A DNA stretch of 63,200 bases, counting the filler, from Reclinomonas americana ATCC 50394 (lineage: Eukaryota), in assembly GCA_048213135.1 (NCBI GenBank). It is 13 parts of 13 records of this genome, joined end to end, with 100 filler letters (N's around TTAATTAATTAA, not from the genome) between each part and the next. Parts side by side here need not be neighbours in the genome. Positions count along the whole stretch, not along the records: positions 1 to 4,896 come from AFZH01021395.1; positions 4,997 to 11,150 come from AFZH01021396.1; positions 11,251 to 15,466 come from AFZH01021398.1; 10 more parts are not named here. The stretch is one strand, 5' to 3'. The position numbers and the translations under genes are program-made. Below the pieces are notes generated by a model, which saw only the letters and a list, made by a program, of their open reading frames with translations, searched no databases and was not told the origin of the DNA. Shown here in pieces: positions 1-13,031 of this stretch; position 1 is the first letter of the stretch, and each line of letters begins with the position of its first letter.

Positions 1-285
1 GAAGAACAAGAAGAAGAACAAGAACAAGAAGAAGAAGTAAGAAAGAAGGAGGAGGGGGAGGAGGAGGAGGAGAAGAGGAAGAGGAAGAGGAAGAAGAAGA
101 AGAACAAGAAGAAGAAGAAGAAGAATGAGGAGAAGAAGAAAGAGAAGGAGAAGAAGACGGAGAAGAAGAAGAAGAAGAAGAAGAAGAAGGAAAGAAGAAC
201 AAGAACAAGAAGGAGGAGAAGAAGAGGAACAAGAAGAAGAAGAAGTAGAAGAAGAAAAGGAGGAGGACGAGGAGGGGGAGGAGTA
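1..285. repeat. GAA/GAG purine-rich low-complexity tract
   Basis: Almost entirely gaa/gag triplet repeats. Confidence 0.9.
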
Positions 286-731
286 ATGATGCACCGTCAT
301 CCTCATCGTCACTCAGCTTCACAGTTACTGGAGATCAGAAACGAAGCTCAACCCAGTCACACAAACAAGAACAGAGAGAGGGAGAGAGAGAGTCTTGCTC
401 GTCCTCAGTTCCTGTCTTCCTTCTTCATCTTGCTCGTCCTCCTGCGGCAACAGCAGCATGACGAGAAAGCTCACAAGCAGAGTCCATCCCTCATAACACA
501 AGGCCGCTGCTCAGAGCGTCCCTCTTGGTGAACTGCGGTTTCTGCTCTCTTCTTTTCCTTCTTCGACAAGCTCCATCTATTTCACAAACAACCCGCAGTC
601 TGCATTTGCTGCTACACAGTGAAACTTCTTCCCGTGACCCTCATTCCTCCAGCTGCCCCTCCCTCGCCACACACCGGTGCTGGGATATCATCGTCCATTC
701 ACGGCAGTATCGTCCTCTCGAACTGCTTGCT

Positions 732-3700
732 CTACATGTCCTCCTCCTCCTCCTCCTCCTCCTCCTGCTCCTCCTCTTCCTCTTTCTTCACCACCTCCAT
801 CTTCACCGGCTTCTCGTCACCATACACTACATCATGTTCGTCAGTGCTCATGATGAAACGACACGCAACAAAAACCAGGTGCACCAACATTGTCACGTGA
901 CAAGCACTCACCAGCACGCTCAATCTCCGCCTTTGAAAGACAGCCATCCCGAAGCAAAGTGGTTAGCAGGCCAGGACAACCGTGGAGCAGATACATGGCC
1001 TGCGTGACGAATGGCAGAAGAGCGTTTCGATCGTTGTATTTCGTCAACTTTGCCGATTCCTGCCACCCATTCGCGAGGGTACGCATAGTAAGCAAGCTAA
1101 CATCAATTCACAGAACCACACAACCAGGAGACATGCCTCAGAGTAGCCACGATCGTCAATCACAATCAGTGGTCTTTCGACAGCATCCATCAGCGCAGCT
1201 GCTCGAAGACCGCTCTTCTGACGATCCCGCATATATTGAACGCAAGTAAGTCACCAGAAACGTCACGATCGGAGGCGACACAGAGACAGCACACCCACTC
1301 ACGTCGATGAAGTTGCTCACACTCGCCAGCACACCCTCAACTGACTTGGTCGTCTTACCGCGTTCCCCCGCGGCACTCCTTGCAAGACTCTTGCCAAATG
1401 CAGACATGACAGCGGAAGATGGGCTGCCCGGTCCCTTTGAGGGTATTCCGCATTCGTCACAGGCAAATTGGAAGAGAAGGCGCTGATGATGGCGGACAGT
1501 GGATGTCATCACCACAGGTGCCATGAGGCCAAATGCCTTCACCAGTATCCTCTTCCTATTGCAGCCCTATTCGTATACGCGGTTGGTGAGTGGGAAAGAG
1601 GAGCCGAGCAGCGAGGTAACAATAACACGCAACATGTAGTCTCGTGAGCATTAGCTGCTCGTTGATGCTCAACTTCGCAGGGCCACTCTTCCGGCGCTGC
1701 GATTGAGAACCATACTGTTTGAAATGCACACATCATACACGCCTCACACATAGCAGTGACGGGCGTACCTTGTTTCTCCTTTTCCCCTCCCCGTCGTCGT
1801 CCTCATTCTCGCTGCCGTCATCATCATCATCCGCGTGTTCGTCGTCCTCCCTCTTCTCCTCTTTCTTCACAACTTCCATCTCCTTCAGAACTGTACATGT
1901 CCCCTGCTTGTCAGCACACGGACACACTGTGCAGAAATGTGTGTCACTCAGACAAACCTCGTTCACTGCACCACTCGACGGCACGCTCAATATCTGCCTT
2001 GGAAAGGCAACCGTCTCGAAGCAGAGTGGCCAGCAGGCCAGGGCAGTTGTGGAGAGCCTGCATGGCCTGTGTGACGAACGGCAGAAGAGCATTGGGAGTG
2101 CCTCCCTTCTGCGACTTTGCTGCTGAATCCTACCATCCGAGCCACATCAATGTGAGTCAGCTTTCAATAAAGCAAATCAGCACACACAATTTCACACGCG
2201 CCTCCGAGTAGCCGTGTTCGTCAATCACAATTATTGGTCTCTCGACAACATTCACCAGCTCGGCTCCTCGAAGACCGCTTTTCTGATGATTACATGTACA
2301 TGAATGTCAGATCAACAAGCAGGCACGAATGAAATACAAAGTCAACACAGAGACACTCACTTCGATGAAGTTGCTCACGCTCGCCAGCACGCCCTCCACT
2401 GATTTGGGCGTCCGGCTGCGTGCCTTGCTGGCACTACTGGCAAGGCTCTTGCCGAATGCGCACAAGACTGCGAATGACGGACAGCCAGGTCCCTCTAACG
2501 GTAATCCGTCACATGCAAGCTGAAAGAGAACACGCTGATGGTGGTGGGCCGCGGATTTCATCACCAAGGGTGCCATAAGGCCGAATGCCTTCACCAGTAT
2601 CCTCTTCTTGTTGCAGCCCTGTTCGCATGTGTGATTGGCGTGTAGATGGGATTGATGGGTGCACGACTGTTTTATCAGCCACGTGCAGACATAACAGCAG
2701 CACGCAACAAGCAGTTTCGCCAGCATCAGTTGCTCGTTGATGCTCAGCTTCCCAGGACTACTGTTGTGGCTCTGCGAAACGCAAACAATGAGTGCTAAGA
2801 TACATACCTCTTGCATGCCACAAAACGCAGCGACGAATGTACCTTGCTCCTGCCATTCCCTCTCGCGTCGACATTCTCATTTTCGCTATCGTTAGCATCC
2901 TCCTGCTCTTCCTCCTCCTTCTCCTCCTTCTTCATCATCTCCATCTCTCTCAGAGCTGGGCCAGATTGTCAGTACGTGCACAAACAGTGCAGCAATCACA
3001 AAGACACCCAGCCAAACCTCGTTCACTGCACCACTCGACGGCACGTGCAATCTCCGCGTCAGACAAACAGCCATCTCGGAGCAGAGCGGCCAGCAGGCCA
3101 GGGCAGTTGTGGAAAGCCTCTACAACCTGTGTGATGAATGGCAAAAGAGGGATCTGCTTGTTGTGCTGCATCCCTGGCAAGCGTGACGACTCCTGACATC
3201 CGATTTTCGGAGCACAGAATGTGAGAAAACACCACCCACCATAAAACGCAGAGCGCAAAGCTGCTGTACCTCCGAATAGCCACGTTCATCCATTACAACC
3301 AGTGGCCTCTCAATGGCATCCGCCAGAGCCGCACCGCGCAGTTCACTCCTCTGCAAAATAACACGTATATTAGCGTTAATCATTCATGTGCGAGATGAAT
3401 GCAGCAAACCTCAACGAAGTCGCTTATCATCTGGAGCACTCCCTCAACAGACTTGGGCGTCTTGGTGCGTGTTCTTCGGACAGTACGACCAATACTCTCG
3501 CCGAATGTGCTCACAACTGCCGACAAAAGACAGCCTGTTTTTGATGAACGGATGCCAACTTCCTTGCATGCGAGTTCAACAAGAACGCGCTGATGTTGGC
3601 GGACTGTGGATTCCATCACCATCGGCGCCATGATGCCGAATGCCGTCACCAATATGCTCTTCTTGTTGCAGCACTGCTCTCGTATGGAACACACAGGTGT

Positions 3701-6484
3701 TGTGATGAATATCCAATCAGCCAGTCGACTACAAATGAAGGACTCTCGACTGCAAACACACTCAACATGTAGCCTCGCCAGCACCAGTTGTTCGTCTTTG
3801 CTCATTGCCGTAGAACCGCTCCCTCGTCGCTGCGAACGCGCTCCATAAGACGATGCCACAGCGTGCACCCGTCCCACCATCCATGGTCATACCTTGCTCC
3901 TATCACCTTCAGCCATGCCGTCGTCTTCATCTTCTTCCTCGTCCACCCTCAAATCATCCTCCTCTTCTTCCTCTTCCTTCGTCTCTTCTTTCTTCAGCAC
4001 AATCGCCTCCGCTACACCTCACTTGTCAGCTCAGTCAAGATGCACACAGTAGAACGCATCCGATGCCATCAAACCTCTTTCACTGCACCACTCGACGGCC
4101 CGTGCGATCTCCGCCTCGGAGAGACAGCCGTCTCGAATCAGCGACACTTGCAAGCCAGGACACTCCCGTAGGGCCCGCGCGGCTTGGGTGATAAGCGGAA
4201 GGAGACGGTCGTGGCTCTTCCGTTTGCTCTCCATCATCTCCCATGATTCCTGCAGCACAACCGACGTTGTGGAAGAAGCACATGAGTCGACACACACCAG
4301 GATATGCACAGAGCGCACAATGGCAAGTTGGCGCACAACAGAATGGCCACGTTCATCCACCACAATCAGTGTTGTCTCAATGGCATCCGCCAGAGCAGCA
4401 CCGCAAAGTTCACTCTTCTGCAGGGTTGTACACGCAGTGATGTTGGCTCACTTTCCAGTCGCGCGGGATGGACAGAGAAGATAAATACTCACCTCGACGA
4501 ACTTGCTCATGCTCTGGAGCACTCCTTCAACTGACTTGGGCGTCTTGGCGCGTGCACGTTGGACGACACTACCAAGAGTCTTGCCGAATGAGTCAACAAC
4601 TGCAGGTGACGGGCTACGAGCTCCTGACGAAGGAATGCCACATTCCTTGCATGCGAGTTCAAACAGAACGCGCTGATGATGCAAGACTGCGTTTCGTTTC
4701 ACAATAGGTGCCATGATGCCGAACGCCGTCACCAGTATCTTCTTCTTGTTGCACCGCTGTTCATGCACACACACGGCGTGATAGCAGGCAAGTACACAGA
4801 AAAGTTCAATCAATCTGCCTTGCAAAAGTGTTGTGGACACGCAAACGCAACGAGCAGTCTGTCCAGCACCATCTGCTCGTCCATGCTCAAATCCGCNNNN
4901 NNNNNNNNNNNNNNNNNNNNNNNNNNNNNNNNNNNNNNNNTTAATTAATTAANNNNNNNNNNNNNNNNNNNNNNNNNNNNNNNNNNNNNNNNNNNNAAGC
5001 AGAGCAGCCATGAGACCATCACACTCGCGCAACGCATCCGTGGCCTGCTTGACAAACGGCTGAAGAAGATCTTTCTGAATCTTGTGACGAAGAGGCAATT
5101 TGTTCCACGATTCCTGTCACACGAGGTCGAGGGTGAAGATCAATGGACACGATAGTAACAGCCACTGAAGAACATGCAAAACAATGCACCTCCGAATATC
5201 CGCGCTCATCCACGACAATGAGTGGTCTCTCAACAGCATCCATCAGAGCCGCGCCACTGAGCTGGCTCATCTGCAGATTGCATCATCTGCGTGTTGGTTC
5301 ACATGTCATGGTCGACACCACGTATGTTCGCTCACCTCGATGAAAATGCTCATGCGATGGAGCACGCCCTCCACCGATTTGGGCGTTTTGGTGCGTGCAG
5401 AATTGGCAGTCGCGCCAAGCTTCTTGCCAAATGCACACTTGACTGCAGACGACGTGCGACCCGGCTCCGACGATGGAAGCCCGCAGTCGTCGCACGCAAG
5501 CTCAACGAGAACACTCTGATGGTGCATTACTGTGGATGGTCGGACAATAGGTGCCATCAACCCGAATGCCTTCACAAAAATCCTCGTTCGATTGCAGCGC
5601 TGCGAGTGACACATGAAGAACGGTGAGTGCGACGAGGAGAAGGAGGAGCGCTGAGCTGCAATGATGGACGAGAGAATGCACACGCAACAAGCAGCTTGTT
5701 CAGCAGCAGCTTATCGTCTGCGCTCAACTCCTCTGGCTTTTTTGCAGCCCGAGTCTTGCCACTCTGTGAATGCACAACATGCATCATTGACACCAGAGAA
5801 CCCATATCAGAACGATGAACAAGCACAACAATGTCAGCGACAGAGGATCCAAACCTTCTTCTTCTTCGGCGGTGCAATCTCATCATCGCTGGATGCATCC
5901 ACCTGCAGAGAATGAAGAATAACATAATCACGATTCAATTGCGAGGCACGAGTGAGATGCACGTGAGACGCATGCCGCATCAGAGCTCACCTCCAGAGAA
6001 CGCTTGCGGACCGATGTCTCAACTGAATCACGTGCAGGCAAGTCCCCACTGTGATCCACCAGAGGCGAGTCGACTCGCCGCCTCCTCACATGTTGCTGTG
6101 CAACCATGCCAAGAGAGAGATCAGTGAGAGACATGCTCATCTTGGGACGACACACAAGCACTGTACCTCGACAATGCCTTCCATCGCTGTGCGTTCCATG
6201 TGCTCCTCGCGAGCAGCTGTGTGCATGTAACGCCCAGGTGAGACATCACGTAACATCAAAGACTGCGAGAGAGAGGGAGAGAGACGCACCCTGCTCAGTG
6301 CGATTCTCCGCGTCACTTCGGGCAGCGGCAATGGCGGCTGTGCTCTTGTCGGCATGCTTCTTCTCCTTCTTGTCCTCCAAGAAGCCAGCTGGTTCTGCAA
6401 AAGGGAATGAAACGACGACAATCCATGATGAGAAAGAAGAAGAAGAAGAAGAAGTGGAGGAGGAGGAGAACAAGAAGAAGAAGA

Positions 6485-6515
<31 letters not shown>

Positions 6516-6795
6516 CTTTCTTGGCAGTGACACTGGTGGTGGTGACAGAGGTGGAAGAAGAAGAAGAAGAAGAAGAAGAAGAGACAGGCACTCGTCGCCT
6601 CGCCATCGCAGGCACACCACGATGAGCAGACGACCCCAATGCACTCTTCTTCTTCTTCTCATCATCATCATCATCGTTGACGTTGATGGAGAGAGAGGAG
6701 GAATGCATCATCGTCATTGTCGTCGTCACATGCTGCTTGATGTCGATGAGCATCATGTCTGCATTCTCGTCGTCGCACGGAGAAGAGGCAGACAT
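732..6795 (-). CDS. Multi-exon hypothetical repeat protein, paralogue 1: disordered N-terminus with PPKKKK motif, then at least 5 tandem ~200-aa domains with acidic linkers (spans gap 4897-4996)
   Basis: In-frame GT/GC-AG exons reconstructed by eye. Recurring peptides LSINEQLMLAKLL | CNKKRILVKAFGLMAP...KTPKSVEGVL | GAALxDAxERPLIVIDERGYSE | LLPFVTQA...CPGLL..LLRDGCLS.AEI, with a ~1.05-kb period. ATG at 6795 (MSASSPCDDE); ends ...EEDM-TAG at 732. Confidence 0.75.
4897..4996. other. Artificial contig linker N44-TTAATTAATTAA-N44 (also at 11151, 15467, 22734, 29858, 31983, 35715, 38580, 42816, 57526, 59789, 61769)
   Basis: Identical 100-nt spacer with stop codons in all six frames, present 12 times. 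Confidence 0.98.
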
Positions 6796-7699
6796 TGACA
6801 GTGAAGGAGTTGTTGTTGTTGTTGTTGAGTGAGGGCGAGGAGGAGGAGGAAGTCGACGAGAGGCCACTCGTGTGTCTTGGTTGTTGTTTCGCACACACGC
6901 GCGCACTGCGTGATGCAAGCAATGAAGAGAGAGAATGAAGATTCGTTGATCCGAACAGCAAGATGAAAAAGGTGACAAGGCGTGATGTGAGGAGGAGGAG
7001 GAGGAGAAGGAAGGAGAGAGGAAGTGTCAGAGAACTGGGCAAACTTGGGTGCATCGTCAACTGCGATTGTTCTCCATGACCAGCAATGCTTTGTTTTGGA
7101 ACGTGGATCAGTAGAAGCTGGGTGCTGGAGTGATGGTGGACAACAACTCCACACCGAGTTCAACAGCGCACATGAACAGCTGCAGCAGGGCAGCATTCAA
7201 CCTCGATGGACGCCGATCGAGAGCAAGAGCCGCAGCGAGGATGACAGAATCGCAACGCTGTTGGTTGGCTGCAAGGGACTGCAGTTGTAATGGCAGAAGA
7301 GGAGAGTACGGTAAGTCGCGGACACGCTGGTGATTGTCTGTTCTCCTTCGTCGCTTCTGCGAGCAAGCCACCTTGTCGGTACTCTGTACTTGTGGCGACT
7401 ACGTAAACGCACCGCCCTCCCTGCCCTCGTCGCACCCTCAGCTCACCACAAACTGGCGACGAAACTTCTCTGACTTTGTCAATCGCGGACGAGCAGCGCG
7501 ATAAACACAAGCACTCACTTTGCTCCTCCATCCCTCACTTCACACCTTCTTCACCCTCTTCTATCAAAACGCAAGTTCCGCTGCTACTCGCTCCCAGTCA
7601 CTGTCCATGCACCTGTGCAGCCATGCCGTCATCCATCCACGGCAGTGTCTTGCGCTACCCATCCAGCACCCCCTCCACCACAACCTTGAATTCCTTGCC

Positions 7700-10600
7700 C
7701 TACATATTCTTGTCTTCTTCTTCCTCCTCCTCCTCCTCCTCCTCTTTCTTCACCACCTCCATCTTTACCGGCTTCTCGTCATCCAGCACTGCATCATGCT
7801 CGTCAGTGCTGCTAGTGGCACGACATGCAACAACATCCAGGTGCTCTCAGATTGTTGCATTCGGAGCACTCACCTGCAAGCTCAATCTCCGTCATTGAAA
7901 GACAACCGTCTCGCAGCAGACTGGTCAGCAGCCCAGGGCAGTTGCAGAGCAGATGCAAGGCCTGCGTGACGAATGGCAGAAGAGAATTTGGAGGACCTCG
8001 CCTCGGCAACTTTGCCGATTCCTGTCACCCGAGAGTACTAATAGTGAGCAAACTAACATCGATTCACAGAACCACACATCCAGAAGACATGCCTCAGAGT
8101 ACCCTCGCTCGTCGATCGCAATCAGTGGTCTTTCGACAGCATCCAGCAGCGCAGCTCCTCGAAGACAACTCAACTCCTCTGATGATCCCGCATATATTGA
8201 ACTCAAGTCAGTCACCAGAATGTCACGGTCGGAGACGACACAGAAACAACACACTGACACTCACCTCGATGAAGTGGCTCATGCTCGCCAGCACACCCTC
8301 AATTGACTTTGGAGTCCTTTTGCGTGTCGTGCCGGCACTATCGGCAAGACTCTTGCCAAATGCAGACGTGACAGCGGAAGATGGGCAGCCTGGTCCCTCG
8401 GACGGCATGCCGCATTCGTCACAGGCAATCTGGAAGAGAAGTCGCTGATGATGGAGGACTGTGCATCCCATAACCACAGGTGCCATGAGGCCGAATGCGT
8501 TCACCAGTACCTTCTTCCTGTTGCACCCCTGTTCGCATGTGCGGTGGGTGAGTGGGAGCGAGGAGCCGAGCAGAGAGGTAACAATAACACGCAACATGTA
8601 GTCTCGTGAGCATTAGCTGCTCGTCGATGCTCAGCTTCGAAAGACCACTCTTGTGGTGCTGTGATTGAGAACCATGCAGTTTTGAAATGCACACATAATT
8701 CACGTCTCATTATATAGATAGCAGTGACGGGCGTACCTTGTGTCTCCTTTTCCCCTCCCCGTCATCGTCCTCATGCTCGCTGCCGTCACCATCATCAGCC
8801 GCCTGTTCGTCGTACTCTTCCTTCGTCTCTTTCTTCATCATCTCCATCTCCTTCAGAGCTGTCCCTTGATTGTCAGCACCAGCACACACTGTGCAACAAT
8901 GTGTGTCACGCAGCCAAACCTCGTTCACTGCACCACTTGACGGCACGCTCCATATCTGCCTTGGCAAGGCAACCGCATCGAAGCAGAGTGGCCAGCAGGC
9001 CAGGGCAGTTGTGGAGAGCCTGCATGGCCCGTGTGACGAACGGCAGAAGAACGTTTTTCTTGCCGTATTTCTGCGTCAACTTGGCTGATTCCTACCACCC
9101 GAGAACCAAGAAAGTGAGACAATATCATTGACGCACATCAATGCACACAATCACAGTCCACATGCCTCAGAGTGGCCACGTTCGTCGATCAAAATCAATG
9201 GCCTCTCGACAGCATCTACTAGCTCGGCTCCTCGAAGACCGCTTTTCTGATGATGCCACATGCACATGAACGTCGGATCAGCAAGCAGGCACGTCACTGT
9301 TATGTCAACACAGAGACACTCACTTCGATGAAGTTGCTCACACTCGCCAGCACACCCTTAACTGACTTGGGCGTCTTGGTGCGTGCCGTGCCGGCATTGT
9401 AGGCGAGACTCTTGCTAAATGCTGACACGATTGCGGCTGAAGGGCAGCCTGGTCCCTCTGATGGCAGTCCGCATTCGTCACAGGCAAGCTGGAAGAGAAG
9501 GCGCTGATGATGGAGGACTGTGGATCCTAACACCATGGGTGCCATGAGTCCGAATGCCTTCACAAGTATCCTCTTCCTGTTGCATGCCTGCTCGCATGTG
9601 CGGTGGGTGAGTGGGAATGAGGAGCCGAGCAGAGAGGCAACAACAACAATACGCAACAAGCAGTTTCGCCAGCATCAGTTGCTCGTTGATGCTAAGCTTC
9701 GCAGGACCACTGTTGTGGCTCTGCGAAATGCACACATTGAGTGTTTAGATACACACCTTTTGCATGCCACAGCGACTAATGCACCTTGCGCCTGCCATTC
9801 TCTCTCGAGTCGACATCTTCACTCTCGCTCCCGGTATCATCCGCCTGTTCGTCGTCCTCTTTCTTCTTCTCTCTCTTCGCCGTCTCAATCTCCCTCACAG
9901 CTGTCGCCTGTTTGTCAGAGTATGCACACTTTGCAACAATGTGTGTCACGCAACCAAACCTCGTTCACGGCACCACTTGACGGCACGAGTAATCTCCGCC
10001 TCGGAAAGAGAACCGTCTCGAAGCAGAATGGCCAGCAGACCCGGGCAGTTGTGGAGAGCATCCACAGCCTGTGTGACGAATGGCAGAAGAGGATTCTGTA
10101 TGTTGCGCTTCATCCCTGGCAAGAGTGACGATTCCTGACATCCGAATTTAAAAAACACAGAACGTGAGAAACAACGTGTGCGCAGAGCACACTGAGCGCG
10201 GGGAAGCCACACACCTCCGAATGACCACGTTCATCCAACACAACCAGCGGCCTCTCAATGGCATCCGCCAGAGCCGCACCGCACAGTTCACTCTTCTGCA
10301 TAATGGCACATATGTTAGCGCTCACCATTGATAAACTTGCGCAACAAAATGGACGCTGCTCACCTCGACAAAGTCGCCCACCATCTGGAGCACTCCCTCA
10401 ACTGACTTCGGCGTCTTCTTGCGTGCCTTTTGGACGAATTCGCCAAGACTCTTGCTGAATGAGTTGAAGACTGCCGGCGAAAGCCGTCCTGCTTTCGATG
10501 AAGGGATGCCACACTCCTTGCAGGCGAGTTCAACAAGAACGCGCTGATGATGACGGATTGAGGATCCTATCACACACGGCGCCATGATGCCGAATGCCGT

Positions 10601-11250
10601 CAACAGCATCTTTTTCCTGTTGCAGCACTGCTCTCGCATGAAACACATCGGTGGTGTGATGAACACACAATGAGCAAGACGATTTACGCGGAAGGACACT
10701 CGACTGCAAACACACGCAACAAGCAGCCTTGCCAGCATCAGTTGTTCGTCCCTGCTCATTGTCGCAGGACCACTCCCTCGTCGCTGTGCATGTACAGATG
10801 CGATGTTGCCACAACGTGCACTTGCCCAATCATCCATGGTGATACCTTCCTCCTGTCAGCGTCATCCATGTCGTCGTCTTCATCGTCTTCCCCGTCGACC
10901 ATTGAATCATCTTCCCATTCCTCCTCCTCCTCTTCCTCCTTCATCTCTTCTTTCTTCAGCACCTTCGCCTCCAGTAGAGCTGCATCTCCCTCGTCAGTCC
11001 TAACGGATGCACAGTAGAACGCATCCAAAGCCATCAAACCTCTTTCGCCACACCACTCGACGGCCCGTGCGATCTCCTCCTCGGAGAGACAGCCGTCTCG
11101 AATCAGCGACGCGTGCAAGCCAGGACACTCCCGTAGGGCCTGCGCGGCTCNNNNNNNNNNNNNNNNNNNNNNNNNNNNNNNNNNNNNNNNNNNNTTAATT
11201 AATTAANNNNNNNNNNNNNNNNNNNNNNNNNNNNNNNNNNNNNNNNNNNN

Positions 11251-11310
<60 letters not shown>

Positions 11311-11808
11311 GAGGAGGAGGAGAGAGAAACGATGCATTCTCCAACATCATCATCATCATCATCATCATCATCACATTGAGAAGAAAGCAGATGCGGAGCT
11401 CAACAAAGACACACAAACACAGAGAGAGGGGAGAGGGAGTACGCACAGCTGTGGCTACATGAAAGGCACAAAGAGCACAACGGCAACACAGGTGCAACAG
11501 GTACAAGAAGAGAGAGATGAACACACACACATACACACACACACACCTTTCTTGGCAGTGACACTGGTGGTGGTGACAGACGTGGAAGAAGAAGAGGAGG
11601 CAGGCACTCGTCGCCTCGCCATCGCAGGCACACCACGATGAGCAGACGACCCCAATGCGCTCTTCTTCTCATCATCATCATCATCGTTGCTGTTGATGGA
11701 GGAAGAGGAGGAATGCATCATCATCGTCATCATCGTCGTCACATGCTGCTTGATGTCGACGAGCATCATGTCTGCTTTCTCGTCGTCGCACGGAGACGAG
11801 GCAGACAT
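7700..11808 (-). CDS. Multi-exon hypothetical repeat protein, paralogue 2 (at least 4 domains visible; spans gap 11151-11250)
   Basis: Same exon set and motifs as paralogue 1. Homologous N-terminus MSASSPCDDEKADMM at 11808; homologous end ...DKNM-TAG at 7700. The join across the gap is inferred. Confidence 0.7.
11251..11306. repeat. (GA)n microsatellite at contig end
   Basis: Perfect GA run. Confidence 0.95.
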
Positions 11809-13031
11809 TGGCAGCGAAGGAGTTGTTGTTGTTTTTGTTGTTGTTGTTGTTGTTGTTGAGTGGCGGCGTGGTGGAGGAGGAGGAGGAGGGCGAGAGGCCA
11901 TTTGTGTGTGTCTTGGTTGTTGTTTCACACACACGCGCGCGCTGCGTGATGCAAGAAACGAAGAGAGAGAGAGAAGAGAAGCAATGAAGATTCGTTGATC
12001 CGAACAGCAAGATGAAATGGTGACAGGTCGTGATGTGAGGGGAGGAGGAGGAAGAAGAAGGAGAGAGGGAGTATCATAGAACGTGACCATGTTGGGTGCA
12101 TCGTCAACTGCGATTGTTCCGCATATCCAGCAATGCATGTCTCTCTCTCTTGCGGAGAGAACATGGATCATGATCAGGCGAAGCTGGGTGCTGAGGTGAT
12201 GATGGACAACCTCCACGCAGTACGATAGAGCACATGAGCAGCTGCATCAGGGCGATAAATACCGAGGAAGAGATGCAGACAAACACAACGTTAACGAGAA
12301 GGTTACGAACTCGGCATCCAGTTGAAAACCAACAACTCTTATCGTCATCGAGACTGCATTCCAACTGCGCCCGCCGAGGTGGTGTCCGGTGCACGTGCCA
12401 GGGTATCCACATGCCCAACAAAGCAGAAGTTCCTTCTGCTCAGCCACATCGATCCACATGAACACGAGTCATCTGCGCAATATCGCGATGGGTTGCTCCC
12501 TTCCCCACCAGCAGTGTGTTGCTCTGTCGCTACTATGAACACAGAAGAAGCACGTGTTGCTATTCTCGAATATGCCTGGGCTCGCTGCGGTCAAAAAGAT
12601 CTTACGACGGCCATTTTTCGGGTTGGTTGTTGAGCAGAGTTAGCAACACGCGCGAAAGCGAACGGACGCCTGCGGGCGGCTGCACGCACAACAGCATTCA
12701 TTCACCTCGCAAGTTGAATCTTCCTTCACTCGTCTTGCTATTCCTCCTGCAACAATAACAACAATAGTCAGGTGCACGAAGAGAAAACTCACATGCAGAG
12801 TGCATCCCTCATAACACAAGGCCGCTGCTCAGAGCGTCCCTCTTGGTGCACTGCGGTTTCTGCTCTCTTTTTCCCCTTCTTCGCAAACAACCCGCAGTCT
12901 GCATGTGCTGCCAGCACAGTGAAATTTCTTCCCGTGTCCCTCATTCCTCCAGCTGCCCCTCCCTCGCCACGCACCGGTGCAGGCATATCATCGTCCATTC
13001 ACGGCAGTATCTTACTCTCGAACTGCTTGCT

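Noticed and set aside
4897..4996. Recurrent TTAATTAATTAA palindrome within N runs
   Set aside because: Artificial six-frame-stop contig linker, not biological.
12789..12998. Small ORF MDDDMPAPV... downstream of the repeat genes
   Set aside because: The homologous copy near 610-700 stops early and the paralogue 2 copy diverges; more likely a co-duplicated 3' flank.
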